Origin: a virus
Taxonomy: Duplodnaviria > Caudoviricetes
Strand: one strand, 5' to 3'
DNA length: 56,113 nucleotides
IMG/VR virus record: IMGVR_UViG_3300016722_000161
Span: 1 to 56,113 of that record
The notes under the pieces were generated by a model that made no database searches, was not told the origin of the DNA, and saw only the letters and a list, made by a program, of their open reading frames with translations. The number at the start of each line of letters is the position of its first letter. Position 1 is the first letter of the stretch. Positions 1 through 8,917 of the stretch are shown one piece after another. A program made the translations under genes and the position numbers.

Positions 1-120
1 ATGATAATGAAAACAAAAAACATGTGTTGTACAAAAAGCGATACGAAAATGTTTAATGTGTGTAAAAAATTAAATATGGCTTTATTTATGGCTAAAATGT
101 CAAATATGTTTTTTTGTTGA
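1..120 (+). CDS. Possible 39-aa Met/Cys-rich small peptide
   Basis: ATG at 1 to TGA at 118-120 gives MIMKTKNMCCTKSDTKMFNVCKKLNMALFMAKMSNMFFC; the upstream RBS lies outside the window. Confidence 0.2.
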   Translation: MIMKTKNMCCTKSDTKMFNVCKKLNMALFMAKMSNMFFC

Positions 121-147
121 TTTATCATGCAAATAGATAAAGGATAT

Positions 148-196
148 AAAACGAAAACTTATTAGGCTCATTTGCCTGATAAGTTTTCGTTTTTTT
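148..196 (+). terminator. Intrinsic terminator-like hairpin
   Basis: AAAACGAAAACTTATTAGGC-tcattt-GCCTGATAAGTTTTCGTTTT followed by further T residues. Confidence 0.7.
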
Positions 197-307
197 ATAC
201 ACAAATAATTCAACATATCGGATTGTAAAAATGGGTTTCATAAAAGATAATTATAAAATTTCATATTCCAATACAATTCTTTGATTAATAATAGCATATG
301 AGAAGAG

Positions 308-1113
308 ATGATAAACATGAAAATTGCACTAGCTCAGATAAAAATTGAAGAATCCATGGAAGATAATTTAAAAAAATCATTATATTTTATTGATATAGCA
401 GCAGAAATGGGCTCGAATTTAATTATGTTTCCAGAACTACAATTAAACTATTTCTTTCCGCAGTATTCAAATTTGGACGTTGAAAAATGTGTGGTAAGTG
501 AAGATAGTAGTTATATTAAAAAGATTTGTGATAAATGTAGAGAAAGACATATCATCGGAGTGCCTAATTTTTATTATGAAGAGAACGGGAAATATTATGA
601 TGCTAGTATGGTGATAGACGAATCGGGTAACATATTGGGTATTCAAAAAATGGTTCATATTGCACAATCGGATAAATTTTATGAGCAAGATTATTATGAA
701 CCTTCGAATGACGGGTTTAAAGTATTTGATACATCGTATGGAAAGATTGGAATTGTTAATGTTTTGATAGGCATTACCCTGAGAGTATTCGTACAAGCAC
801 ACTATTAGGTGCTGATTTGATTTTAATTCCAACTGCAAATACAAAGGATGAACCAATGGAAATGTTTGAATGGGAAGTGCGGGCTCAGGCTTTTCAAAAT
901 AGTGTAAATGTGGCAATGTGTAATCGCGTAGGCAAAGAAGATACTATGGACTTTGCAGGAGAATCGATAGTTATAGGTCCTGAAGGTCAAGTGATATGTA
1001 AAGCCTTAGATAATGAGAAACTTTTAATTACGGACGTAAATTTGGATAAAGCAAGAGAATTTAGAAATATAAAACCATATTGTTCATTAAGGAGAACAGT
1101 ATGGTATTTATAA
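308..1113 (+). pseudogene. Carbon-nitrogen hydrolase (nitrilase superfamily, N-carbamoylputrescine amidase-like), frameshifted
   Basis: ORF 308-808 has MKIALAQ, FPELQ (Glu) and QKMVH (Lys). The Cys motif CFDRHYPE is in another frame after a 1-nt deletion at about 758-759, and that frame continues into ORF 817-1113 (LIPTAN...NRVG...FAGES). Confidence 0.85.
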
Positions 1114-1122
1114 GTGAAACTC

Positions 1123-1160
1123 CTATTATTCTAAAAACGAGCTCATTTTTAGAATAATAG
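1123..1160. terminator. Inverted repeat / likely terminator after the hydrolase
   Basis: Perfect 15-bp arms CTATTATTCTAAAAA / TTTTTAGAATAATAG, 10 nt after the stop codon. Confidence 0.6.
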
Positions 1161-1335
1161 TTATCTATTTGTTTTGTTAAAAATATATCGTTACACACTA
1201 AAAATAACCCACTTTATAACCCATTATGTATGTTTCGGCTAAAACATCGAATGATCTGCAAAAAGATTCCATGCGCACAAAAGGCTTTGTTATCGCATTT
1301 TAGGCATGGAAAGTTTTATGTAAAATATTTCCTTC

Positions 1336-1362
1336 TGGGTTCAACTCCCACCGCCTCCACCA
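1336..1362 (+). other. ssrA: Isolated 3' fragment of tmRNA (or tRNA-Ala-like RNA); att-site duplication
   Basis: TGGG-TTCAACT-CCCA T-arm, then the acceptor strand CGCCTCC-ACCA with U70 of the Ala G3:U70 pair; no 5' half is present upstream. Confidence 0.7.
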
Positions 1363-1363
1363 T

Positions 1364-1417
1364 ATAAGAACGCTAATTTTGATACGGTAAGTATCGAGGT
1401 TAGCGTTCTTATTTTTT
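1364..1417 (+). terminator. Long hairpin plus T-tract directly after the tmRNA 3' end; also a candidate recombinase att region
   Basis: ATAAGAACGCTAA (1364-1376) / TTAGCGTTCTTAT (1400-1412), inner TTTTGATAC-ggtaa-GTATCGAGG with G:U pairs, then TTTTT. Confidence 0.6.
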
Positions 1418-1625
1418 GCCAGAAAACGGCTTGAAATAAGGCTTTTCGTCACTTTGCACTTTGCACAGTCCGCCTCAAGCACAGGAAAATACACACCGCC
1501 TCCGAGTTCTTTTGCCTTGTCCCATACCCTCGATTTACTATTTATCGGTGGGGTGTTCACTTTTTCGGAGGGGTGTGCATCTTCGCAAATTATAGGTGCA
1601 AATGGGTAAAAAAAGAGGTCGAGCC

Positions 1626-3209
1626 TTATAGCTCAACCTCAATCTCTGTGCCATTCTTGAACTGAAATACCATTCTGACATCGTGGAAAACAGTGGCCTT
1701 TTCGAGCAATCCGACCCACAGCCTTTCGTTCCATACTTCGAGGACGAGGGGCTGTTGCTTTATCGCTTCGATGAAAAGTCGGAGTTCACGGTCGCGGTCT
1801 TGTTTTCGCGCTCTTTCCGCAGAAAGCGTATCAAGGCGAAATGCGGTCTTTTCATAGCGTTTCACCAGACTGCCGTACTTTTTTGTGTATTCTTCTTGGG
1901 ATTGTGCGGAAGATGCATTTTCTTTCACGCAGGCTTTAACCATCTCTGCCACAATGTCGATTTCCTCGGTGAGCTTCTCAATTTCAGCATCCAGTGCAGT
2001 ACAGTCCGAGACCTTCCGGCGCATTTGAGTGCAGTCGGCGATGACCCCATCACGGTTCTGCATCAGCTGATTGTAAGCCAAGAGGAACTTTTGCTGTATT
2101 GTTTCCGTATCAAGGTGCGGTGTACCGCATTTCTTTTCGCCTTTAAATTTACTATTGCAGTGCCATATCACCTTGCGGTAAGCATCGGTGGAGTGCCACA
2201 CTTTTTGACCGAAAAATCCGCCGCAGTCACCGCATACCAGCTTCGAAGAAAAGATACTGTTCCCGCTGTAGGCTCTGCCGAGCGTCTTTCGTCTGTCGAT
2301 TTCCGCCTGCACCATGTCCCAATCGGTAGGGCTGATAATGGCATCGTGGCTGTGTTCCACATAGTACTGCGGGACTTCGCCCTCATTGACCTTCATCTTT
2401 TTCATAAGAAAATCCACGGTGAACCTTTTTTGTAAAAGGGCATCGCCCTTGTATTTTTCGTTGGTAAGGATACTGTTTACCGTAGTTTGGCTCCATTTTT
2501 GTTTGCCGGACGGCGTCGGCGTACCACGCTTATCAAGATAGCGACATATCCCTGCTGGGGTCTTACCTTCAAGAAATAGCTGATAGATGAGTTTTACGGT
2601 TCCAGCTTCATCATCATTTATAACCGGAGTTCCGTCCTCGCCCTTTTCGTAGCCGAGAAACTGTTTATATGGCATACTTACCTTGCCGTCTGCAAAGCGT
2701 TTTCGTTGACCCCATGTGACGTTCTCTGAAATGGAGCGGCTTTCCTCCTGTGCAAGGCTGCTCATGATGGTGATGAGTAGCTCGCCTTTGCTGTCGAATG
2801 TGAAAATATTTTCCTTCTCGAAAAATATCTCCGTGCCGTGTTCTTTCAGCTTGCGGACAGTAGTCAGACTGTCGACGGTGTTACGCGCGAAGCGGCTGAC
2901 GGATTTCGTGACAATAAGGTCGATTTTGCCACCCATGGCATCTTGAACCATCTGATTGAAACCATCGCGGTGTTTTGTATTTGTGGCTGAGATGCCTTCG
3001 TCCGTATACACTGTGACAAATTCCCAGTCATCACGAGCCTTAATGAATTTCGTGTAATAGTCAATTTGCGCTTCGTAACTTGTAAACTGCTCATCGCTAT
3101 CCGTTGACACGCGGGCATATCCCGCCACGCGGCGTTTAGCTATGGAAGCGGTCGGGAGCGCCGTGAACTTATTTTTGGTAGCGGGTATCATCGTTACTGC
3201 TCTTGACAT
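1626..3209 (-). CDS. Large serine recombinase
   Basis: YARVST catalytic motif, TKSVSRFARN, recombinase domain, Zn ribbon CGDCG...C and coiled coil. Confidence 0.95.
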   Translation of the reverse strand: MSRAVTMIPATKNKFTALPTASIAKRRVAGYARVSTDSDEQFTSYEAQIDYYTKFIKARDDWEFVTVYTDEGISATNTKHRDGFNQMVQDAMGGKIDLIVTKSVSRFARNTVDSLTTVRKLKEHGTEIFFEKENIFTFDSKGELLITIMSSLAQEESRSISENVTWGQRKRFADGKVSMPYKQFLGYEKGEDGTPVINDDEAGTVKLIYQLFLEGKTPAGICRYLDKRGTPTPSGKQKWSQTTVNSILTNEKYKGDALLQKRFTVDFLMKKMKVNEGEVPQYYVEHSHDAIISPTDWDMVQAEIDRRKTLGRAYSGNSIFSSKLVCGDCGGFFGQKVWHSTDAYRKVIWHCNSKFKGEKKCGTPHLDTETIQQKFLLAYNQLMQNRDGVIADCTQMRRKVSDCTALDAEIEKLTEEIDIVAEMVKACVKENASSAQSQEEYTKKYGSLVKRYEKTAFRLDTLSAERARKQDRDRELRLFIEAIKQQPLVLEVWNERLWVGLLEKATVFHDVRMVFQFKNGTEIEVEL

Positions 3210-4504
3210 GAGTTTTTCCTCCTTTGCCTTGTTCTTTCTGCGGCGGTGTGCTTCATTTCGGCAGTCCAGCTATCCCGCCGTGAACGGTCTGCCCATGTGC
3301 GTTCTTCGGTTCGCCCGTCATTGAAAACGAACCGTAAGTGGTTATCTTCCGGCACTTCAATGCGCTCTATCAAGGTGCCGAAAACAGTCGAGTCGTATTT
3401 TCCCGTGCCGAGAACATCGGCGCAAACCGATTGAAGCGTGGTTTCAGGTATCTTTTTTCCGTGGCAGTATGCCTTACCCTGCGATAAATAGGTGGAGCAA
3501 TTCCATCCGACTGAGCCGTTACTCGTAGTGCGCTTAAAGTTTTTACCGCAGTGCGGGCAATAAATGCGACCCGTGAATTCACTTTGCTGTGGTACCGGTC
3601 TGTTTTTTGCGGCATCGCACATTTTTTGTAATATCATCTGGGCCGCATTGAAGGTATCCACATCAATGATGGCAGGGTGCGTTTCCTCGGCATAGAACAT
3701 CGGTAACTCGCCTTTATTTCTACATTTCTTCTTTTCCAGATGATTGTTGCGGTAGTGCTTTTGGAGCATTGCATTTCCGATATATTTTTCGTTTCCGGCG
3801 GTTTCGCGGATGCGTTGGGCGCACCATTTTCCGCCGAGCGCGCCGGGAATGCCACGCTCGTTCAGGTCTCGGCTTATGGTACCGAAGGTATCCCCGGCGA
3901 TGACCCGCTTGAATATCTCGCACACAATCGGCGCGGTTTCCGTGTTGATTTCTATTTCCCCTTTTGTAATGCGGTATCCGAACAGGAACCGCCAATTAAT
4001 GAGCTCGCCGTTTTCAAAGCCTTTTCTAACCCGCCATTTCTGGTTTTCGCTTGCGGAAAGGCTCTCCGCCTGCGCGTATGATGCAAGAATGGTCAGCATC
4101 AATTCTCCCTCGGCGCTCAATGTGTGGATATTCTGCTCCTCAAAATAAATGTCCACCTCCAACGCTTTCAGTTTACGAACGGTTTCCAGTAAGGTCACCG
4201 TGTTTCGTGCAAAGCGGGAGATGGACTTTGTAAGTATCATATTCACTTTTCCGGCACGGCAGTCGGCGAGTAACTTTTGAAAATTCTCTCTGCTGTCTTT
4301 CGTACCAGAAAGGGCTTCATCGGCATAAACACCGACATATGACCATCCCTCGTGGTCTTGTATCAATTTGCTGTAATAGCTGACCTGTGAGGACAACGAA
4401 TGAAGCATGGCGTCTTTCCCCGTTGATACGCGGGCATAGGCAGCAACTTCTTTCTGCTGTGCCAGTCTGGGCTTATGCGATACTTTAATTACTGTTTTCG
4501 GCAT
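3194..4504 (-). CDS. Large serine recombinase (second of the pair)
   Basis: YARVST, TKSISRFARN, Zn ribbon CPHCG...C; RBS GAGGAGGTG upstream. Confidence 0.95.
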   Translation of the reverse strand: MPKTVIKVSHKPRLAQQKEVAAYARVSTGKDAMLHSLSSQVSYYSKLIQDHEGWSYVGVYADEALSGTKDSRENFQKLLADCRAGKVNMILTKSISRFARNTVTLLETVRKLKALEVDIYFEEQNIHTLSAEGELMLTILASYAQAESLSASENQKWRVRKGFENGELINWRFLFGYRITKGEIEINTETAPIVCEIFKRVIAGDTFGTISRDLNERGIPGALGGKWCAQRIRETAGNEKYIGNAMLQKHYRNNHLEKKKCRNKGELPMFYAEETHPAIIDVDTFNAAQMILQKMCDAAKNRPVPQQSEFTGRIYCPHCGKNFKRTTSNGSVGWNCSTYLSQGKAYCHGKKIPETTLQSVCADVLGTGKYDSTVFGTLIERIEVPEDNHLRFVFNDGRTEERTWADRSRRDSWTAEMKHTAAERTRQRRKNSCQEQ

Positions 4505-4725
4505 TTTGTCACCTCCTCGTAATGTGACATATTACCGTCGTTCTCCTTATATAGCAAGTCATTATCCCGGAATAAACTACACGAAGACAAGCCGTATTTC
4601 TCGGCCATTATTGTATCAATTTCAAGGTACGCGCTCTCGGTTAAAATCCCCTTTACAAGCATCAGCCGAGCCTGCGCCATTGCGGATTTGTAGCCGCAAA
4701 TACGGTCAAAATACTCCTTATTCAT
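4489..4725 (-). CDS. Small SHOCT-like recombinase-associated protein (78 aa)
   Basis: MNKEYFDRI...MLVKGILTESAYLEID; start overlaps the upstream stop (ATGAATAA); usual position before paired recombinases. Confidence 0.65.
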   Translation of the reverse strand: MNKEYFDRICGYKSAMAQARLMLVKGILTESAYLEIDTIMAEKYGLSSCSLFRDNDLLYKENDGNMSHYEEVTKCRKQ

Positions 4726-5122
4726 CGCCGCCACGCTCCTTGCCGAACCGTGCCGCAACGTAGCACTCGTGAGAGCAATATTTTCTGTTTTTATTGCCGT
4801 GGCTCTCGAAAGGCGCTCCACATTTTTCGCAAACAAAGTGATACGTCGTTTTTGCCCGGCTTTGGCGCTGATGGATGTTCCACCACGCAACACGGCACCT
4901 GTCGGAGCAGAACTGACGTGGCTTACATTTTTCTTTGATAATTATTGGCTTTCCGCATTGTTTGCAGGCGGCTGTATTATTGAGTGCATCAGAACTCAGA
5001 CCATTTCTTCTGCAGTACGATTTAACCGTATTCTCTGAAACAGAAAGAGTTCGAGCGATTTTCGAATACCCGTCGCCGTTTCTGCGCATATCAGTTATTT
5101 GGTGCTTCTGTTCGTTTGTCAT
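4718..5122 (-). CDS. HTH plus double Zn-ribbon DNA-binding protein
   Basis: N-terminal HTH (GYSKIARTLSVSENTVKSYCRR), CKQC..FCSDRC and CEKC..YCSHEC; GGAGG 7 nt before ATG 5122. Confidence 0.8.
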   Translation of the reverse strand: MTNEQKHQITDMRRNGDGYSKIARTLSVSENTVKSYCRRNGLSSDALNNTAACKQCGKPIIIKEKCKPRQFCSDRCRVAWWNIHQRQSRAKTTYHFVCEKCGAPFESHGNKNRKYCSHECYVAARFGKERGGDE

Positions 5123-5129
5123 TGACCGT

Positions 5130-5194
5130 CCTCCAGTCTGAGGAATTTGCTCCCTCAATGCTCACTGGAGGGAAAGCGGCGTCTTGAACGAAAA
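5130..5194 (-). promoter_or_regulatory. Repeated promoter/RBS-hairpin element, copy 1
   Basis: Minus strand TTTTCGTTCAA-N12-CCTCCAGTG...ACTGGAGG-N7-ATG. Confidence 0.7.
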
Positions 5195-5200
5195 ACAAGC

Positions 5201-5243
5201 AAAAAAAGACCCGCGAGAGTGAAAAAATCACAAACGCGGGTCT
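5201..5243 (-). terminator. Intrinsic terminator ending the late (lysis) operon
   Basis: Minus strand AGACCCGCG...CGCGGGTCT followed by a T tract. Confidence 0.75.
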
Positions 5244-5287
5244 GATGGCTGAGTTTAATATGGTCACATAAGAGTGCGGCGGTCAGT

Positions 5288-6031
5288 TTAGACCGTTTCG
5301 CTCCTCATTTCATCATAGCGTTTCAGCATCACACAGAACTGTTCTCTGGTGAGATTGCTGTGGAGCAAGAGGTTGCCGTTGTCGTCACCCTTCAGCAGAC
5401 CTTTCTCCGTTGCCCATGTGACCGCGTCTTTCGACCATGTCGCAGGGGTGTTGTCCATAACCTTTTCCTCCTTTTTGTTGAGTGCTTCTTTCACCGCCGC
5501 CCTGAATGCGTCCATGCTTTTGCCGTGTTTAGGAAACCAGTGCATCACATCGGCATGGTTGGAAGCGATGCCTTTTGCGTATCCCTCACTGTGGCAAATG
5601 ATGTTCTGCTCCGTCAGGCCGTAGAGCTTGCAGAGATACACGCAGAGGTCGACCGCTTCCTTATATACGGCAGAAAAATACGAGGAATAGGCCAGACCGT
5701 CCTCGCAGATTTCAAAGCCGATATGGGTGCTGTTTGCAGCACCTCCGGCGTGCCAGCCCCGCATATTCCAGGGCAGCGTCTGGTAGGTGGCGATGCTGCC
5801 GTCCGCCAGTTTTCCGATAAAACCGTGGACACAAACCTCCAGTCCTCCCGGCTTTGCCGTATTCCAGTTTGCACTTGAGACAGTCCCCAGCAAACCGTCG
5901 TCCGGGCCGACATACCGGCGCAGGTTTGGATTATTCGCCCCGGTGGAATGTACCATAATGCCTTTCGGAACAATGGTTTTGCCTGCCTTATAACAGTCGT
6001 TTTGCGTCAAAAGGCACTTGTGCAGATTCAT
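5288..6031 (-). CDS. Endolysin, N-acetylmuramoyl-L-alanine amidase (Amidase_2) with C-terminal SLH-like domain
   Basis: IMVHST, GWHAGG, IGFEICE, ICH..NHAD zinc-amidase motifs; WSKDAVTWATEKGLLKG...LTREQF. Confidence 0.9.
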   Translation of the reverse strand: MNLHKCLLTQNDCYKAGKTIVPKGIMVHSTGANNPNLRRYVGPDDGLLGTVSSANWNTAKPGGLEVCVHGFIGKLADGSIATYQTLPWNMRGWHAGGAANSTHIGFEICEDGLAYSSYFSAVYKEAVDLCVYLCKLYGLTEQNIICHSEGYAKGIASNHADVMHWFPKHGKSMDAFRAAVKEALNKKEEKVMDNTPATWSKDAVTWATEKGLLKGDDNGNLLLHSNLTREQFCVMLKRYDEMRSETV

Positions 6032-6436
6032 TTACTTATCCTCCTTGGATTTCAGCTGTTCCAAAATATCCTTGAGTTTCTGTGGAATTGGAAGCCCGAT
6101 TCGGCCGGCGTTCTCAATAATGCTGATCCCCTCATTGGAAATATAAAAGAAGATGACAGCGGTCCGAAGAACGCTGCCATCCCCTATAATCTGCCGGTCT
6201 AAGATGCTTCCGATGCCGACCAGCATAAAAATGAGTATCTTTTTGAATATGCCCCTGAACCCGACTTCGCTGGACAGTTTCTTTTCCACCGCCGCCGCCA
6301 TTATCCCGGTCAGGTAGTCGATCACGACAAAGGCGACCAAAGCGTAGAGAAAACCGTCCAAGCCGCCGAGGAACCAGCCAAGCCCGCCGCCGATTGCAGC
6401 GAACGCCAACTGGACTCCGCTCCAAATATCTTTCAT
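6032..6436 (-). CDS. Phage holin
   Basis: Transmembrane segments, IDYLTG, NEGISIIEN..GLPIP; adjacent to the endolysin. Confidence 0.9.
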   Translation of the reverse strand: MKDIWSGVQLAFAAIGGGLGWFLGGLDGFLYALVAFVVIDYLTGIMAAAVEKKLSSEVGFRGIFKKILIFMLVGIGSILDRQIIGDGSVLRTAVIFFYISNEGISIIENAGRIGLPIPQKLKDILEQLKSKEDK

Positions 6437-6861
6437 TTCACAACCTCACTTTCCGTAATTGTTGCATCACCAGTCGTCTGGCCCGAAGATTCAAGCACTT
6501 CGAGCCTGCTTTCAAGGGATTTGTTTTCATCTTCCAAAGCCGCTATCCTTGTCTCCTGTTCCGCAATTCTCGAATTTAAAGATTCGACCGCGGAAGGATG
6601 TATCTTCTCCAGCACTGCAGCCGATACCGGTTCCTCAACGGGTGCCGGAACAGTTTCCACTACAGGCGGCGCGGAAAAGGTGCCGCTTTCGCTGTCATAG
6701 CGCCAGCCGCTTTCGACCTCTACACTGTCCTTTACTTCGACGCAATTGGCCAGATACTCCGCTGAAAACCTGTCTTTTATAGATGTGCTGGGAAAATCCT
6801 TTGACTTTCCAGGCTGAATATCGTGGACGGTTTTTCCATCAACAAGGTATACATATTTCAT
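6433..6861 (-). CDS. Hypothetical tail-fibre-associated protein with C-terminal coiled coil
   Basis: VESGWRYD..TFSAPP resembles fibre chaperones; RBS GAGGAGGAG. Confidence 0.65.
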   Translation of the reverse strand: MKYVYLVDGKTVHDIQPGKSKDFPSTSIKDRFSAEYLANCVEVKDSVEVESGWRYDSESGTFSAPPVVETVPAPVEEPVSAAVLEKIHPSAVESLNSRIAEQETRIAALEDENKSLESRLEVLESSGQTTGDATITESEVVK

Positions 6862-6873
6862 TACATCTCCTCC

Positions 6874-7992
6874 TCACCAAAACACCGCGACGCAGCCTCC
6901 GGCACCGCCTCCGCCTGCGCCATAGGTGTAATACGGCGTGTTGGAGCCATAGGTCAGCGTTGTTACCTTCTGTTCACCGCCGGTCCCGGCATAACCTCCG
7001 GCCGTACCATAGCTTCCCGCGATTCCGGCCGCTCCCGCGGAACCCGCATTTCCGGCGTTGTACGAATAGCTGTTGCTGGAGCTGTAATAATACTCAGCGA
7101 GTCCTCCACCGCCACCGCCTCCGCCAACGGATGCCGCAATTGAGCCGGTTCCCGTGAGAGTCACGGCCGCATACCGTACCTGACCGGAATTGCCGCCGTT
7201 ACCCGCTGAATTTATGCCGCCGTAATAGCTGCTGCTATAGCCTCTCCATACGTAATTGCCTCCGCCGCCTCCGGCTCCGTAACCGGAACCACCGCAGCCA
7301 GCCAGATGAAAATAACGGTAGCCGGAATATTGATCGCTACCACTTCCCGTGGGAAGATAGAAAAGCCCTGTATCCCTGGCTCCGCCGCCCCCACCGAAAT
7401 GCAGACCGGATCTGGCATTACCGCAAAGAATAAGCGTGTTATTTGAGCTCGCGGCGCCCATCTCGGTTGGCACAATGCAATACCTACCGGGACTGATATA
7501 CCGTATACCAGAAGCATAACAAGTTGCTGAGGTCGCTCCGTAATACAAGGTGTACGTGCCGTTTCCGTACACACCGCCCGCTCCTGCCGAACCAACAGGC
7601 GAAGTCAGTTCCATGATGCCCATTGTGCTCGATCCGTTTGGAGCAATAACATACAGTCCGTTCCCGCCGTTGCCGCCCCAGTCCGCCACTCCGGGTATCC
7701 ATCCGCCAGCACCACCGCCTCCACAGTTGCCACCATAATTTAAGCCACCAATGAACTGGCCCTGAATTCCAGGCGTGCCGCCGTAGTAAGCACCTCCGCT
7801 GCCGCCCAAAGCGGTGACGAAGCTGCCGAAGGAAGATGTGCCGCCCGTTCCTCCGGTTCCGGGATAGGACGAGTTCCCGATACCGCCTCCGCCGCCTCCG
7901 CCGACGCAGACAATGTTGATGATGTCTCCCACGTTAAGTCCATAATCCAGCGGAGAAAATGTCCCGCTGGCGTTGAATAATATAAAACCCAT
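6874..7992 (-). CDS. Glycine-rich receptor-binding/adhesin protein
   Basis: Repeated GGGG/GGxG segments alternating with Tyr/Ser-rich loops; ends in aromatic VAVFW; sits at the end of the tail module. Confidence 0.75.
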   Translation of the reverse strand: MGFILFNASGTFSPLDYGLNVGDIINIVCVGGGGGGGIGNSSYPGTGGTGGTSSFGSFVTALGGSGGAYYGGTPGIQGQFIGGLNYGGNCGGGGAGGWIPGVADWGGNGGNGLYVIAPNGSSTMGIMELTSPVGSAGAGGVYGNGTYTLYYGATSATCYASGIRYISPGRYCIVPTEMGAASSNNTLILCGNARSGLHFGGGGGARDTGLFYLPTGSGSDQYSGYRYFHLAGCGGSGYGAGGGGGNYVWRGYSSSYYGGINSAGNGGNSGQVRYAAVTLTGTGSIAASVGGGGGGGGLAEYYYSSSNSYSYNAGNAGSAGAAGIAGSYGTAGGYAGTGGEQKVTTLTYGSNTPYYTYGAGGGGAGGCVAVFW

Positions 7993-8003
7993 ATCGAATC
8001 CTC

Positions 8004-8519
8004 CTAAAAGCTCCTTGCGTAGTTGGGGTCAAAGCCGCCGAACAGCATTAGTTCGAACGTGCTGATTTGGCTTACTTCGTTCCCGTATCGGACAGACGCA
8101 TCACCTCCGCTACCCTGCAAGATAAAATTTCCGAGTGCCTCGCTGTAAACGACAGTCAACCATGTCCCGGCTGGAATACCCGCCTTCATCGGCTTCGTAT
8201 TCTGCTGTTTAATTGAAATCGCTCCCGTGCTTTGTACATTGAGCGTCGGCGTTGCGCCGGAAGCCGTGTGAAGCCGGAAACGCAGGGTTGCTCCGTCGAC
8301 GAGTTGAAAACCCTCCTGCGCCAGTGTCAGCGCTGAGCCAGTCCCCGTTGTCACGCCGGAACCCGCAAGCAGCTCGTCCAGCGTCACTTTGTCAATCGGG
8401 CACCCTTCGTCTGTCGGCGCGTCGGCGCGGGTGATGGTTCCGTAAAACGCCGCACCGCTCTCCGGTGTAATGAGTACACGCCCCGGTTTCGTTGGCGTTC
8501 TGTTTCTGTGATTACGCAT
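8004..8519 (-). CDS. Tail fibre/baseplate adaptor protein
   Basis: ITRADAPTDEGCPIDK motif typical of siphophage fibre N-termini; start overlaps the upstream stop. Confidence 0.65.
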   Translation of the reverse strand: MRNHRNRTPTKPGRVLITPESGAAFYGTITRADAPTDEGCPIDKVTLDELLAGSGVTTGTGSALTLAQEGFQLVDGATLRFRLHTASGATPTLNVQSTGAISIKQQNTKPMKAGIPAGTWLTVVYSEALGNFILQGSGGDASVRYGNEVSQISTFELMLFGGFDPNYARSF

Positions 8520-8917
8520 TACTGCACCTCCCCGGTGTATAAGTCGCCTGCAAAATAGAAAACAGAAACCATCCACTCCATGAGCGCGTTTGTCACGGAG
8601 AGGATGGTTTCAATGTTGTTTGCGCCTGTGTAAGTCAGGCTGTTCATCGTATTGGGAGCGTCCGGCGTTCCCACCGGCAGCGTCAGCGTGTCCCGGATTG
8701 TCCGCAAATCCTCCAAATAGTACTCCATCTGCAAAGCAAGCGGAATATCGTACTTCGTCCAGTCGGTCTTGGGCGACACACGGCACTGGTAGCCCAGTGC
8801 GAAAAGCTGATCAGCAAGCCAGTCCATCGCCTCGGCAACCCGGTTAAGATCGGAAACATTATAAAATGTACCTGAGCTTCGGCCTGTAACCAGTTCGTCA
8901 ATGATGCTCACGTCCAT
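8519..8917 (-). CDS. Minor tail protein
   Basis: YNVSDLNRV...KTDW...ANNIETIL; position in the tail module. Confidence 0.7.
   Translation of the reverse strand: MDVSIIDELVTGRSSGTFYNVSDLNRVAEAMDWLADQLFALGYQCRVSPKTDWTKYDIPLALQMEYYLEDLRTIRDTLTLPVGTPDAPNTMNSLTYTGANNIETILSVTNALMEWMVSVFYFAGDLYTGEVQ

Noticed and set aside
1000-1362. Complete tmRNA or tRNA gene
   Set aside because: No GGGGGCG-type 5' strand or RNA body upstream; only the last 27 nt or so are present
1300-1560. 86-aa minus-strand ORF
   Set aside because: Its WWRRWELNP segment is the antisense translation of the tmRNA/tRNA 3' end, a common spurious call
6874-7400. Diversity-generating retroelement target in the Gly-rich tail protein
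   Set aside because: No reverse transcriptase and no template-repeat copy were found in the window; a template acting in trans cannot be excluded
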